A stretch of DNA of 64,000 bases from Bugula neritina (lineage: Eukaryota > Animalia > Bryozoa). The notes under the pieces were generated by a model. That model searched no databases and was not told where the DNA came from. It worked only from the letters and a program-made list of their open reading frames with translations. Shown piece by piece: positions 29,872 to 64,000 of the stretch. Each line of letters begins with the position of its first letter. Positions within the stretch are counted from its first letter, which is position 1. The stretch lies in assembly GCA_964035545.1 (NCBI GenBank), contig OZ037768.1:4124741-4188740 (forward strand), given 5' to 3'. The position numbers and the translations under genes were made by a program.

Positions 29872-31514
29872 GACAGGTGATTGTATGTTGTCTACTCTCT
29901 TCTATGACTATCATGTTGAGGAGACAACTTTAATATACAGGACATCTTTTTCACCATTGGTACTCTCACCACTCACATATCATTGAAGTTTTGGCACCAG
30001 ATGTATTTTTTTACTTATACAAGTATTTTATATTTCAGCATGATGTTTTGATATTTTATAGGATTTCGTAAGTTTATTAATTGCATATGCTACTTTTTTA
30101 TCGGTATATGTAGTCATATCTTAGTTTATTTGCATATAATATTATGGTGCCTCACCCACCCACCCACCCACCCACAGATGACAATGAATGCGCCAGACTT
30201 TCTTTGAATTTTTAGATAATACCCCAATCAATACAGGCTTATACTACTTACATAAAGTAAACTTGTAAACTATATTACTACTATATACTCACCACTGTAT
30301 TGAGTTTTCATGATTTCAGCAATGCCAAGCTTATCATCTTTACTAGTACCAACTACTAAGTAATATAAATATTGCTGTTTGTATATATTATGTATTTTCC
30401 TAGCATATTTCATTTGAATAAAGAAATGACCTAAAGTGATTGGCCAATATACCCTGTCTCTGTATCAGAAGTTAGGCTTAGCCAGAACTTGAAACAACCA
30501 AAAATGTGAAGCAATAGCTAAAATTATGTTTAGGAATTTTAACCTTGCAATGTAGTTCTCCTACATATAGCTGTAATACAAAATACATACTGGGCACTAC
30601 TGACTTTTTGTAAATAAGCCAATCTCTCATCTAACTATTATTTGTATAGTAAACAGTTTTTGGTCAAGTAAAGAGTCATTGTGGTGCGCCCAACAAAGAT
30701 GGCCATTTTCATAATTTGCAACTTTTACTTCAGGGTTCTGCATGGAAATATTATTTCGAAAAACTATTCAACTACATTATTGTTGTGTTTAGTCAAAAGA
30801 CAAGTAATGGCTTAAAAACTTGTATAAATTTAGCTTTTTTCGACAATTGTGTAACGTAGGACCTTTTTGTATACAATAATGGTGACGTTTGGTAACATTT
30901 CCCTTGCTTGTTACACTAGAGCCAGTAAGAATTATTGATGAGATTTTGCCTCTATATATATAGGAGTAGGTACATAACGGTGGCTGGTTTTGTCACATCT
31001 CTCAAACATCATGCTTATGGCTGTTTTTCCAAGGATGCCAGAATAGCAATTATGAAGATGGGAACTAATTTGATCCATACGTGAAAAGCACTTGTGTGCA
31101 CCTTTATTTGACCACCTGTGCTACTTATTGCATCATGGTGCACAATTATATACTTTCTACTTTCAGAAGCTCTGCATCCAATTGCCTTAATATTGCCAAA
31201 AGTGAACTTTATCACTACTTGCTTTTTAGCAAGTTTGATCAATGGACAACCACTCTTACCAAAGAGATTAGAGATTTACAGAGCAAGTGGAAATCTAATT
31301 CGAGTTTTGACCCTGATGTGTTGGAAACAATGAAGCGATGCAACTTATTATAATTTATACACAAGATACTATTTTATTTAATTGGAACAAATTATTTCAC
31401 TGTACAGGAAATAGGATAATATAAAACTGCACATGTCAATACTAATGCGTATATACAGTAAATAAAACACAAGTCAAAGAATGCTTTGCTTGATACTAGG
31501 TCCCTTATAGTTAG

Positions 31515-47203
<15,689 letters not shown>

Positions 47204-48584
47204 AACACTCTACAGGATAAAAGGCAGTGTTTTACCAAGAGAAATACAGGTTAGAATTTACTAAAATCTAAAAGTCTGTGTAGATTATTTTCCAACAATA
47301 TTACAGTCTCAGTATTTATAATTATGAGACAGAGAGCAAGATACTGTGTGAACAAGCCATAGCCAAGCTCTTTTTGCACTTCAAATATGCTTTACAAAAA
47401 CAGTTTTTAGCCACACACAGTTCATGACATGTGAGTTAACAATTAACCAAACAAGGTGCTGTGTTGTTACAACGAAAAATACTTTAAATTGAAGGTTTTT
47501 GTTTACTTTCAAAAAGAGGTTTGTTAAAAATTGATAAGGCTATTGTAAACTAGCCATTAGATAATTACCAAAACATCAATTTTTCTGTTACTTTCGTAAT
47601 AATACTAAGAGTAAGAGTAATAAGTAACAGTCAACAGGATAATACAACATTGTCAATTGTCAGCATTTATTTGCTTTTAGTTAACTGCAGTCAACATGAA
47701 GGTCAAGTGGCAAATTCTCATGAGTTAATATTTTATAAGCGAGTCAAATGAGTAACTGTGAGAGTAAGTCACTAAGAGCAAGTTTTACTTAGTCTCAAAG
47801 TCAATCTAACACTAAAGTTGTAATACTAATACGTTATTATTATACAGTAATACTAACAGTGATCCTAATACTTAGTTTTATAATTATGATCATACTCATA
47901 GTCATACTGATGCTAATAACATTAAATGATTAATGATAATCAACTGTGTCATTAAAATAACTAAGTTTTAATCTAAGACTAAACTCACCAAGTCTAATCA
48001 GTAATCACAATGGCAATGCTGCGAAGCCAAACGACAAATGCAATAGCTAAACTTGAAGCTACAATAATTTAAATTACTATTCAACTATAATAATAACAGC
48101 AACTTGACTTTAACAATAAACTTGTATGACTTACCCTTACTCTAAGTTTGAGTTAATGTAAGTGTTAGTGTTACGCTTACACTTACTGGCTTAGTCTTAC
48201 AGTTACTGAGGGTGAGTTAGTGTTACTGTTACTCTTACACAGTAACAGTTACATTCATTAGTCTTAGACATTACTGCTACTGAGTAACGGTTACTCAATT
48301 ACTGATTACACTTACAGTTACGGACAGCGAATTGGTTTTACATTTACATCAACAATACACACACACACACATTTTTTTCTACAGTTCACAGTTATTGTTA
48401 GTACTTACAGTTGGTGTTATTACTGCTAGGACTAGGAGCTAGCACTACGCTAGCGGCTAGGCTACGTTTACTTTAGGTCTGGTACATCTAGTTCTACTAA
48501 ATCAAAATATTCTTGAGTACCAAGTCTACTATTTAGAATTGCATATACTCTGAATAATTGCAATAGACAGAGTCAATGACAAAT

Positions 48585-48850
48585 ATGGTGTGCGGGAATT
48601 CAATTTTTGCGGGAAATAAGACTGAAAAGTGACATTCAATTGATTCAACTCGTGGAAAAAGTTAAAGCGGAGGTTTTTCTTCGTCCTTCATATGAATATA
48701 ATGGCGTCAGTCGCGAGAAAACGACTTTTGTCGTCTATTATTTAGTCGTAAGCTTATCGACGTGCTCAAAGTGCTTATACCGTGTTGAAGTCAGGCAAAA
48801 ATCTATACTTAGATCCGATGTAGTTCACGTTAGCGTTGATTTGATTGGTC
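48585..48850. promoter_or_regulatory. Probable PRPF8 promoter region (divergent from the Rho locus)
   Basis: Locally CpG-richer patch with two E2F-like GCGGGAA motifs (~48592, ~48609), CGCGAGAAA and an ATTGG (CCAAT) box. It lies upstream of the PRPF8 5'UTR intron. Confidence 0.4.
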
Positions 48851-51800
48851 TGTAAAAATAGAAATGAAAATACCAAGTAAAAAGGGGATTCACCAGGTTT
48901 GCAACTCATTTAAAAATTGCTGTTCTAGTGGTTCATTGTATTTTGTATGTAACTGTAAATTACACAATCTTTATACTTTTCATATAAATTTTGAGTTCAT
49001 TTGCATTTGTAAACCAGCCATTACTTATGGGCAAATACTATTCCAGGACCTTTAATGGTAAGTATTCACATTACATGATATTAGAGTCCATAGAAGCCTA
49101 AAATTGTTCAACTATTTTCAAACTTAAATATTGTGTATAGATTCTAACAAAATTTAAAAATGCAAATGCCTATAAGATACAATTACAAGCTACAATCAAT
49201 AAAATATATATTGTGGAACAATATTATACATAGTTGTAATATTTATTCATCGTTCTCCTTTGTCAGCTCCTCTTATAAACACTATTATGTCATTCCTAGT
49301 AATTTATTTCTATATAACTTTCTATCAAACAGTCAGATTTATTGCATTATTCTGGTATAGATGATAGTGTTTTGCACTTTTATAAGCAATCATTGCTGAA
49401 TGCTGGTTTTACAACAAATATTTCAGAAAATTCAACTTAATAATATGTAATAAATAAATGAAATGCAAGTAATAAACTTTAAATTATACCTCAGCAAAAT
49501 GAAAGAAAGTCTACATAATGTCACCTGCATAGTTTTCAAGAAACAAATTTTGTAACTAGCTAAAGTAATTTTGTTTATCAACTATGGTAATATAAGGCAA
49601 TTGTTTATTCAACCTCCAATGCTTTTATTTAAAAGTGATCGATGTGAAATTGTGAACTTTCAGATTTTCTTGTATTTTCTTTGCCATTGCTTTGACCTGT
49701 CATTTGCTGTTAAAAAAGGTGAAACTGGCGTGGTTGACAACTTACAAGTTTTTTATTTATGTACCAGCTTTCTTGCATAGCATTCTTTTAAGTTTCTAAA
49801 CTTTAAATATTATATACATATATCTATGCTCAACTTCTAAAATTACAGTAAAATAAATATATCTATATGCCACTCTAGTTTCATATTTGGCATGGGTAGG
49901 AGGTTTCACACCCAAAAAATTTGATGTTGCGCATCGGTGTGGTTATATAGTAGTTCTTATTTATATCTCATATGTAATATAAAAACTATAATATTATTAT
50001 AGGTGATTGCAGTTGCGACCAATTATTACTTTGGAGTTGTCGTCTTTTATCTAAATATAGAAAACTTTTTAAAGAAGTTAAACACGTGACCTTGATTTCC
50101 TTTTTAGAAAGCCACCATCACTGTTTTCGCCGTCCTACTTTTCATTTAACCTAATTTGGGTTTTTCATTTAAGTAAATGTTCTTTATATGATATTTTCCC
50201 TGCAGTTCTGTTCAATTTATTCGAGTATCTTTTTTTATTTTTGTTGTAGGGTTTTGTTTGTTAGATTTTAATTAGTGTACTAGCAATTATTATCAAGATT
50301 AAACTTGAAGCTGATTTGGTTGGGGACTCGCCCTCAGAGTCACACTCACGGTCAGTGTCAGACTCCGAGTCGCCATCGGTAACACTAAGTGACTAACTTT
50401 ATACGTAACCACCAACTCTTTGGTGCAATTACTTTAAGTTTAAGTTTATTAATCAGTATACTCATAATAATACGCAGAAATATACCAATAACAGTGTAAC
50501 TAATTATTTGAATAAATAAGTAGACATTCATTTTCAATTTCAGAGTAGTCTCAAAGTGAGAGTCGGTCTGTACTCTGTAGGTACACTTTGACTTACTCAT
50601 GTTCATATAGTGATACTCGTAGTCTATATCGTAGTGATATTGATAGTTATAGTGACCATAACATAGTAATAGTATGGATATAAGAATTACTCTTGCTCGT
50701 AGTATCTAAGAGTTGGAGTAAGTTTATCTACTTAATATTATGCTTCAGTTCTAGTTATATTTATAGTAATATTATAGAGTGAAAGTCGAGACTACAAACT
50801 CTTAGTGTTACTCTTAGAATAAGAGTTTGTACTTATAGTCTATGTTTTATAGTCATAGAGTCGCAGTGATATTCAATGACTGGAAAATCTGAAACTGCAG
50901 TGACCAGTGATTTAAAATTAAATCTTTGAATTTAATGAACAAGAGTAACCTTTGACTTCTACTCAGTAATTGTAAATGTATAATTATTGCTTGCTCTTAG
51001 TTCTTACACATGTTTATGCTGATACTGTTATGGTATGGTCATCCTTAAACTAGATCGGGCATTAATAGTAATAGTAGTAGTCCAACACTAATAATAATTG
51101 TTCATAATAAAATTTGTATGTTGATTCTGGGGAGATAATTAGAATATGATGCTTGATGTGCTATATAATTACATTCATTGGTTAAAGACTAAGGTGTACA
51201 AAATTAATTAATTGCTAAATTAGAGTTGCATTTCAAATTAAATCTTACTTAGTTATTAAAGAATTACTACTAGTAATTAATTAATATATACCCAACTCTA
51301 GCTTATACAACCATGCTATATTCTGTTACTGCTATTACTCCTAGTTGCTTGTATCTAAAACTATTATATAAGGTGAAATCTGTAATATCAAAAGAAATGT
51401 AGCCACTTTTACGCAATATACTAAATAACCATTTAATGCATTATATCTTACACAAATACTCGTATATACTTTGTTCCCAATAAAGTATAAAGTTCCAATA
51501 ATCATTTAAATTAATTTTATTTTCAATTTCAATGAAACATAATGCTAATCAAAACAAGAGTTGATCTATTAACTGTAGATCTTTGTGATATTCATATACT
51601 TGAAATGCTGAAGATGAGTTTTTAGAGATGGTTTTGTAACTTTCAGTTATTGTCTTTGTCAGTTTCATAGCAAATATAGTGTTACATAGAGTATTGTGTC
51701 AGTTGTTTGTAGCTGTCATTGTCTGGGAAGGAACTTGGTTATAGCAATGGTAATGGCGGTTGGAAAAATTAGTTTAATTTCATTGAAAAATTGCAGCAGT

Positions 51801-52024
51801 CAGTTGTTTGCTGCTGCTAAAGTGTAACGTTCATGATATACTTTCTAAATCACTATTGAATTCTAGAAAACTTTGAATGTTACCAAATTAACAAGTAAAA
51901 ACTAGCTAATGGTACCCTTGGTGCTGCTAATGCTATAGCAAAATGCATAATTGAAATTGTTGTTATATTTTTAATTTTTACTGTTATGTTGTTAAAACAG
52001 TAAATTACATATAAGGTCTGATAG

Positions 52025-57693
<5,669 letters not shown>

Positions 57694-58160
57694 TTTACAA
57701 TTCCTTAACAATGCTAGTGGTAGATGACATACTTTGTCATTGATCCTCAGTTGACATTATCTAGTTATACCAAACTGTTCTAAAACATCACAAAAACTGA
57801 AATGCATGTCACATATTATGTCTATAAACTAACTTTAATTTTAATAATTATATTTTGATCAAATGTTTTGAATTTTGTTTTGAAAACAATTTTAGATAAT
57901 TTAGTTTTAAATAAGAATACATTTTGTAAATAACATAGTAGTTTTACCTAATTGCTATCAAATGTTAGAAAAAATTAAATTATAAAATAAAACAAGATTT
58001 AATAAATTAGAAAAATATATTTTTCTATTTGTAAAACTTCCAAAAAGCTTTACTATAACTTACATTAGCAACAAAAGATTAAAGATAAAAAATTAAATAA
58101 TTATAAAAAAATTTCCGAACTTCATCAGCATATCTTTTAGATTTTATGAAATAGTATAAC

Positions 58161-58919
58161 TCAGACTGTAGTACTATTCCCATTTCTACAAGAATCCCAA
58201 CATAATAACCCTACGAGAAAAAGGAACACAGTTGGAGTTGCAAGAATTAGAACTGGAACTGTTATAAGAACAGACGTGATAGAAAGTGAGACCCCCATTG
58301 CTAAGCCTGTAGCTAAAAGAGCCGAGCTGGAGAAAAATAAACAGGCCACCACGTACCAATGTGTACCGGAGCACCAGGTAGATCGTCTAAACATCATGGC
58401 AGCATTTAAAGTAGTTATTATAAACTGCAGTGATGTTACAGTAAAGGAGACTATGCTTGCAATCCTCTCAAAATCTTGCTGCAAAAGTTTCAGAGCATCT
58501 TCCGAGAACAGAGCGATGACTAGTTTTGTTAATCCGATCATGCAGTCTTCAAATATGTAACCAAGTAGAAAGTTGACTTGACTCCATTTGGAATAAATTC
58601 GTTCTGTTGACTGTGAATTGTAGTTAGCTGCTCTTTGACCGCAGCCTAGTTTGTGTAAGGATCTAATAAAGAGAGCTAATTGGCTGATGCAGAGCAGTGC
58701 TTGCACAGCACATCCTGCTGTCCATGTGTGTATACCAGCCATAACATCTGTCCTATTGTAGGGGTCATTTCCCATGACCTTGCCACTAAATTTCACTAAA
58801 GCTATGCACTCTGTAACTACATCAACAGTGGAGCTGACGAATTGGACAAAGTAAATGAGTATTTTCCATCTAATATAACCTGTTGGGCTACAGTTGAATA
58901 CACCCAGAATATCTTCCAT
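58161..58919 (-). CDS. Uncharacterised multi-pass membrane protein (252 aa), paralog 1
   Basis: Long intact ORF in AT-rich DNA with several hydrophobic segments. Clear homology to 62325-63029. Acceptor TTTTGTTTTAG 5 nt before the ATG. Confidence 0.85.
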   Translation of the reverse strand: MEDILGVFNCSPTGYIRWKILIYFVQFVSSTVDVVTECIALVKFSGKVMGNDPYNRTDVMAGIHTWTAGCAVQALLCISQLALFIRSLHKLGCGQRAANYNSQSTERIYSKWSQVNFLLGYIFEDCMIGLTKLVIALFSEDALKLLQQDFERIASIVSFTVTSLQFIITTLNAAMMFRRSTWCSGTHWYVVACLFFSSSALLATGLAMGVSLSITSVLITVPVLILATPTVFLFLVGLLCWDSCRNGNSTTV

Positions 58920-59925
58920 GTTGTCTAAAACAAAAGAGAGAAAATACTTTATGAATTTTACTCATCAATAACTGCATGGTGTACAAACTGACACACCTAG
59001 TATGCTTATACAGCATCTAGTAGAATAATAAGCTTATAGTAGAATATACTACCACAACATACATGGATCATCATGATATAAATATATACTGTGTAATATG
59101 TGGTGTTGCTTGCTCTGCCTATGGTGGCAGGTGAACTTTGTAGCTATTGTCATGGGCCCTTTCTCTCCCTCCCCCTCAATAGTATGTCATGGTTGCTATG
59201 TAGCCCAGTATACATGATATCACGTAAAGGATAAACCACAGTACACCCTCAAGAGCCGAGAGTAAACAGTACATTCTATTGTATTTTTAGAAAGGAATAG
59301 TACCTGTAGTCATTAGTAAACTGGAGGACAGTATGTATACATCTGTGCCCAGCAGAGGTGCAGGCTGGCAGTCAATCAGAAATTCCAAGTGAAGCAAATA
59401 TACTTGCATTCGAAAATATTGTGTTAATGGAATTGGTTTCAATTTAATTGAGTTGAGAGAGTGAACTGTTTTTTTGTAACTGTATCCGTTTATGCTAAGT
59501 GACACCTTTTTCTCTGATGAGATGAACCTACCTCAATATACTAAAAGCCTTGTAACAAACTAGTTTTTCAAAACTGTAATAAAATTCATTTACCTTAGTT
59601 TTGTTGACTACACTATCCCACTGGCTGTTATAAGTAATAATAATATAAGTGCTAAAGAGTACAATGGCCTGTTACTGAAATGTTACTTGAATGTGTATCA
59701 GTTTGTATGATGCACTTAAGCTGCTATACAGATTATTATATTCAAGTACATGGTAACTGGTAAGTAAAATGGAGTGAAAACAAATAGCTATACTGTACAA
59801 TGGTATCTGGTATACTATAGTAATGTGGGATACTTACAGGTACTATCTTTAGGAAGTATATAGGTGCTATACTAAAGATGTTGCAGCTAGTAGCCACCTG
59901 AAACACACTCTTCTACTCTCATAAT

Positions 59926-60016
59926 CTACTACTATACACAGCTGGGCTATTCTCCTACTACTATATACAGCTGGGCTATTCTCCTAGGTACTACTATACT
60001 GTACACAGCTTGGCTA
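59926..60016. repeat. Minisatellite, about 29-bp unit x ~3
   Basis: ACTACTATACACAGCTGGGCTATTCTCCT repeated with variants. Confidence 0.85.
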
Positions 60017-61264
60017 CTAAGTCACATATAAATTGGGTGTGGAGTTAATAGCTATGGAGTGTTGTGATTTATTGGTAACCACAAATCGTTTCATTAGCTA
60101 AAGATATACAGCAGACCTTTGTCTGAGCCCTGAGGTTAGTAGAATGCTGTGATAATAAGATTATGCTTATTAGGACTGATACAGCTTTTCTTCCAATACA
60201 AATCTAAAATCACAATAAGCAATGCCTGAAGTATGCTAGTTCTTCTGAAGCTATCATATTGCCTGTTGGTGTGCTTCACCTTTTTTATAGCTTATTACTT
60301 ATTTTCAAAACCTCATCAAAGTAATATTTTTTCGTTTTATTCTCGGTTTTATAACATTTGTATTTTACCTTAGAGTGTTGATTATTTTTTTATTTATGCA
60401 AGATCCAATAGCATGAAGCATCACACCTTAGAATATTTACTTTATGTATAAGAATACAATACTTAGATTAATTTAAAAATAAAATGCTATGAATAATGAG
60501 TGATTTTCTTTAGTACACCCTCATCAAAAGGCTTGGTACACACTACATTATAATTGAGGGATACTTGATAATAGATTAGCAATAATGGATGACATTTGCA
60601 AGTATAAACTGCATGGTGAAATGTTAATGAGAGGTAATATGGTGTCTATTGAAGCTTTTCTTAGTATAAACTACTTAGTAAAGTGTGAATTTTCGGTAAG
60701 TATGAGCCCCCTTCCTCACCTGGAAACTTCACAATTATCGTTACTGTGGACTTTCTATCAACCAAACACCACTGTTAGCGCTGGTGATGCCATAAACCAA
60801 AAGTCGATATGCTTGGAGCAAAATATAGATAATTTACTAAACGTGATGAAGTTGCATAGTAACACCTGTAAAAATATAGCAGGGCCCAGACAAACTGCAT
60901 GTGTACAATATTATACATGTAACTGTATTATTAATGTTTTAATTGCTAATAATTATACTGGGAATGTGCTTGGAAAAACTGTTTAGACTCTAGACGTAAT
61001 ATTCGTTTCTATTCTATATGATGTGCCAATTGACAGCAACTTGGAAAATACATATATGAAGCATTGTGTAAATATAATATGACAACACATATCGTAGTAA
61101 AAATATTAAAAATCAGTTGAGAAATTCTCTAACATAGTACATTATATAAACACACAGGACAAGGAAGTTCTAAAACGGGCAGCAGCTTGATCTAGTAGTT
61201 AACAGACATGTGTTAGTCATGAATTTTATTTCCTAGTTCAGTAACTTAGTTTGTAGAGTGCAGT

Positions 61265-61445
61265 TATTGCTGTTTAAACTAGGTTACTGGTTTAACAGTC
61301 GCTTTAAAAGCCCACCTGAATGCCTATTCATTAGTATCAAAATTATGAACCTAAAGCTAAAGAATTCATTTCTGGTATAATTTCACTAATTATTGCTGTT
61401 TGAATTAGGTCACTTGTATAAGAATTGCTCTAAAGCCCACCTAAA
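61265..61445. repeat. Two diverged direct repeats of about 55 bp
   Basis: TTATTGCTGTTT..A.TAGGT.ACT.GT.TAA...GCT.TAAAGCCCACCT at ~61265 and ~61390. Confidence 0.7.
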
Positions 61446-62324
61446 ACTTTGTGGAAATTTTGAAAATTAAAGAAAACCGCTTTGTGATTGTGATTTCAGT
61501 TTAGTTTAGTCTCTCATTGTACCTCTCTATTGATGCTGGGATTTGAGAACCTTTTATGCTGCAGTTACTCATCATCAGCTATATGCATTATGTACCATAT
61601 AATTATGATATGCTCAAGTGTTGAAAGCTAGATGGAATGGCAAGCCACACTATGTAACAGTGGGGGATTCTCCTGAAGTTTGAGAGCCAGGATTGAGCCA
61701 AAGGTAATAATGTACTCAAATGAATAGCTTTCTATGAAAGATATATTTTAATTTAAGAGTAATTTATTATTATTTACCATGGGTAAATGGGTGTGAAAAA
61801 AAAGATCAGGTGTAAAATTTTATAGAGAATAATATATTTGGTCACAGATTCAATTTTCTTATACAATATTGAATACATACACCATGACATAAGAAGCATT
61901 TTTAACAATTGCATACTAGTTTCATTGAATCTAATGTACTATAAAATAGAAAATAGGCTAGAAGTGTTTAAACAAATTTAAGATACTAAATGTATAAAAA
62001 ATGTTTCAACTTTAAAGTGCGTGGTTGATAAATATTGACGGTAAATTAAAATCATGCGTATTATGCATATGTACCTGATAAATAAAACTGAAAACTGGTT
62101 ATATAACATACTGCAATTGCACTGTGTAATATAAATATATACATATATCAATTTTAGTAGTAAATTACAAATTCTAATATATGGATGGAATAATCAAAAG
62201 CTTTTAGATTTTGTGTATAAAATATTTGAAAAAATTAAACTTGCTATACGTCCACATACTGTAATCTTCAAGAATAATGTAGACGTAAGTATCGTTCTTT
62301 TGTGCAGTTTGGTAATCAATTGCA

Positions 62325-63029
62325 TCAATCACAGCAACATGCGCAGAGTGTGATCACAAGTAGAGAAATGAACGTTGCTATTGCACAAACTACTGTTGTC
62401 AGAATAATTGAGGCAGCTGCAATTGCAGCTGTGGATATAAGCATAGCTGTGAATGTTGTTGAAAATGCAATGCTTGAAAATACCAGGCAGACTACACCGT
62501 AAAACTTTTGGCAACTTGATCTCTTAAACATGATAATCACATTCCCTGTTGTAATGATCAGCTGAAGAAAGCTGACAGAAAATGCTACGATACTAGCAAT
62601 TCTCTCAAAATCATCTTGTAGCGAATAAACTGCTTGATCAGATTGTCTAGCTATCAGCAACTTGGCAACTCCAATCATGAAATCTTCAAAAGCAAACCCT
62701 AGTATGTAGTTGACTTTATTCCACATAGAAAAACATGAAGAGTCATCAAGTTCTTCCGAGTCATGACAATCGCAGCCAACAACACACCAAGCTGAGATGA
62801 ACAGGAATACTTGACTGGCACACAGTATTCCTTGTATTATACATCCAGCCAACCACAAATCTGTATATACTTTAATTTCAGCATCTTGTGCAGTTTTCTG
62901 CGACTTATTCAAAAATGTGTGCAGAGCCCTGCTTTCTGTTACCAAGTCAGTTGTACTTGCAATAAACTGAACAAGGTAGAAGAAAATTTTCCATCTTACT
63001 GTACACGTTCTGCCAATACCACATGCCAT
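62325..63029 (-). CDS. Uncharacterised multi-pass membrane protein (234 aa), paralog 2
   Basis: Intact ORF sharing RWKI.xYxVQF, STxDxVTE, WxAGCxxQ, WxxVNxxLGxxFEDxMIGxxKLxIA and LQxDFERIASIVxFxVxxLQxIITT with paralog 1. Confidence 0.85.
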   Translation of the reverse strand: MACGIGRTCTVRWKIFFYLVQFIASTTDLVTESRALHTFLNKSQKTAQDAEIKVYTDLWLAGCIIQGILCASQVFLFISAWCVVGCDCHDSEELDDSSCFSMWNKVNYILGFAFEDFMIGVAKLLIARQSDQAVYSLQDDFERIASIVAFSVSFLQLIITTGNVIIMFKRSSCQKFYGVVCLVFSSIAFSTTFTAMLISTAAIAAASIILTTVVCAIATFISLLVITLCACCCD

Positions 63030-63091
63030 CGTAATGAGGGAGCGTCACTGCCCTTTAAATATATAGGAGTATATAATTATTATTTAGCCTG

Positions 63092-63240
<149 letters not shown>

Positions 63241-63372
63241 GGTGAATAGTTAACCACTAAAAAGAGCTCAATGCAGAGCAGAGCAAAGTGAATAAAAGTA
63301 AGATTGTGTATATACAATGCACATGAAACTAATAGGAATAAAGTGTTCTAAATCAAATTTTATCGTTCATTA

Positions 63373-63476
<104 letters not shown>

Positions 63477-63536
63477 CTTTTTTTGACATCTTATTTAACT
63501 TTAGTTTCTTATACGATGGAGCATGTTATAGATACA

Positions 63537-63569
63537 TTATATAACTTTACAGACTGTAAAGTTATATAA
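63537..63569. repeat. Perfect 16-bp inverted repeat with a 1-nt spacer
   Basis: TTATATAACTTTACAG-A-CTGTAAAGTTATATAA. Confidence 0.9.
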
Positions 63570-64000
63570 ATGTTGAGCTTTTCCTATTAAAATGATCTCA
63601 TTGCATATATTACATGTATAATTCACTATTACTATTAGTACTATTACAACTACAGCATATTAGTAATAGTATACTAGTATTAGTGTAGTATAACTATATT
63701 ACTATTAGTACTGATGCTATAGTGTTGCTATTAAAATCTGGAAGACTCAACTTTATTTCATAGAGTCAATAGATTATAGTCTGACATTACTTCAACTGCC
63801 AGTATTCTATTGCTTAGCAACTGTAGCCTGTTTTTCAAGGAATTGCATCACCTCATTGTCATTACATGTATGAAGGTAACTGAAACGTTTTTTCCAACAT
63901 GCCTGCTGCTGCATACAGAATTTCTCTGTGAATCCAATTCCATCGGTAGTTGTATTCTAATAGAAGCAAACGCCTGCATCTCTTCTGCTGTTTGACAGAG

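Overview
AT-rich, intron-containing eukaryotic DNA from an invertebrate animal (inferred from gene content and GT-AG introns). There are no prokaryotic features. Left to right: (1) the 5' part of an N-myristoyltransferase gene on the minus strand, running off the left edge; (2) about 14 kb of non-coding sequence; (3) a 9-exon SLC22/organic cation transporter-like gene (+); (4) PRPF8 (-), with 37 coding exons and, in its 3'-half introns, about 13 box C/D snoRNAs (about 9 matching known guide families, about 4 pointing to rRNA sites I do not recognise as methylated in human) plus H/ACA-like candidates; (5) a RhoA/Rho1 locus (+) in which ONE exon encoding residues 1-52 is followed by TWO intact, diverged copies of the rest of the gene, predicting two 192-aa isoforms; (6) two paralogous, unidentified multi-pass membrane protein genes (-). 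Exon boundaries and RNA pairings were read by eye. rRNA and human snoRNA sequences and numbering are recalled from memory and need Infernal/BLAST confirmation.
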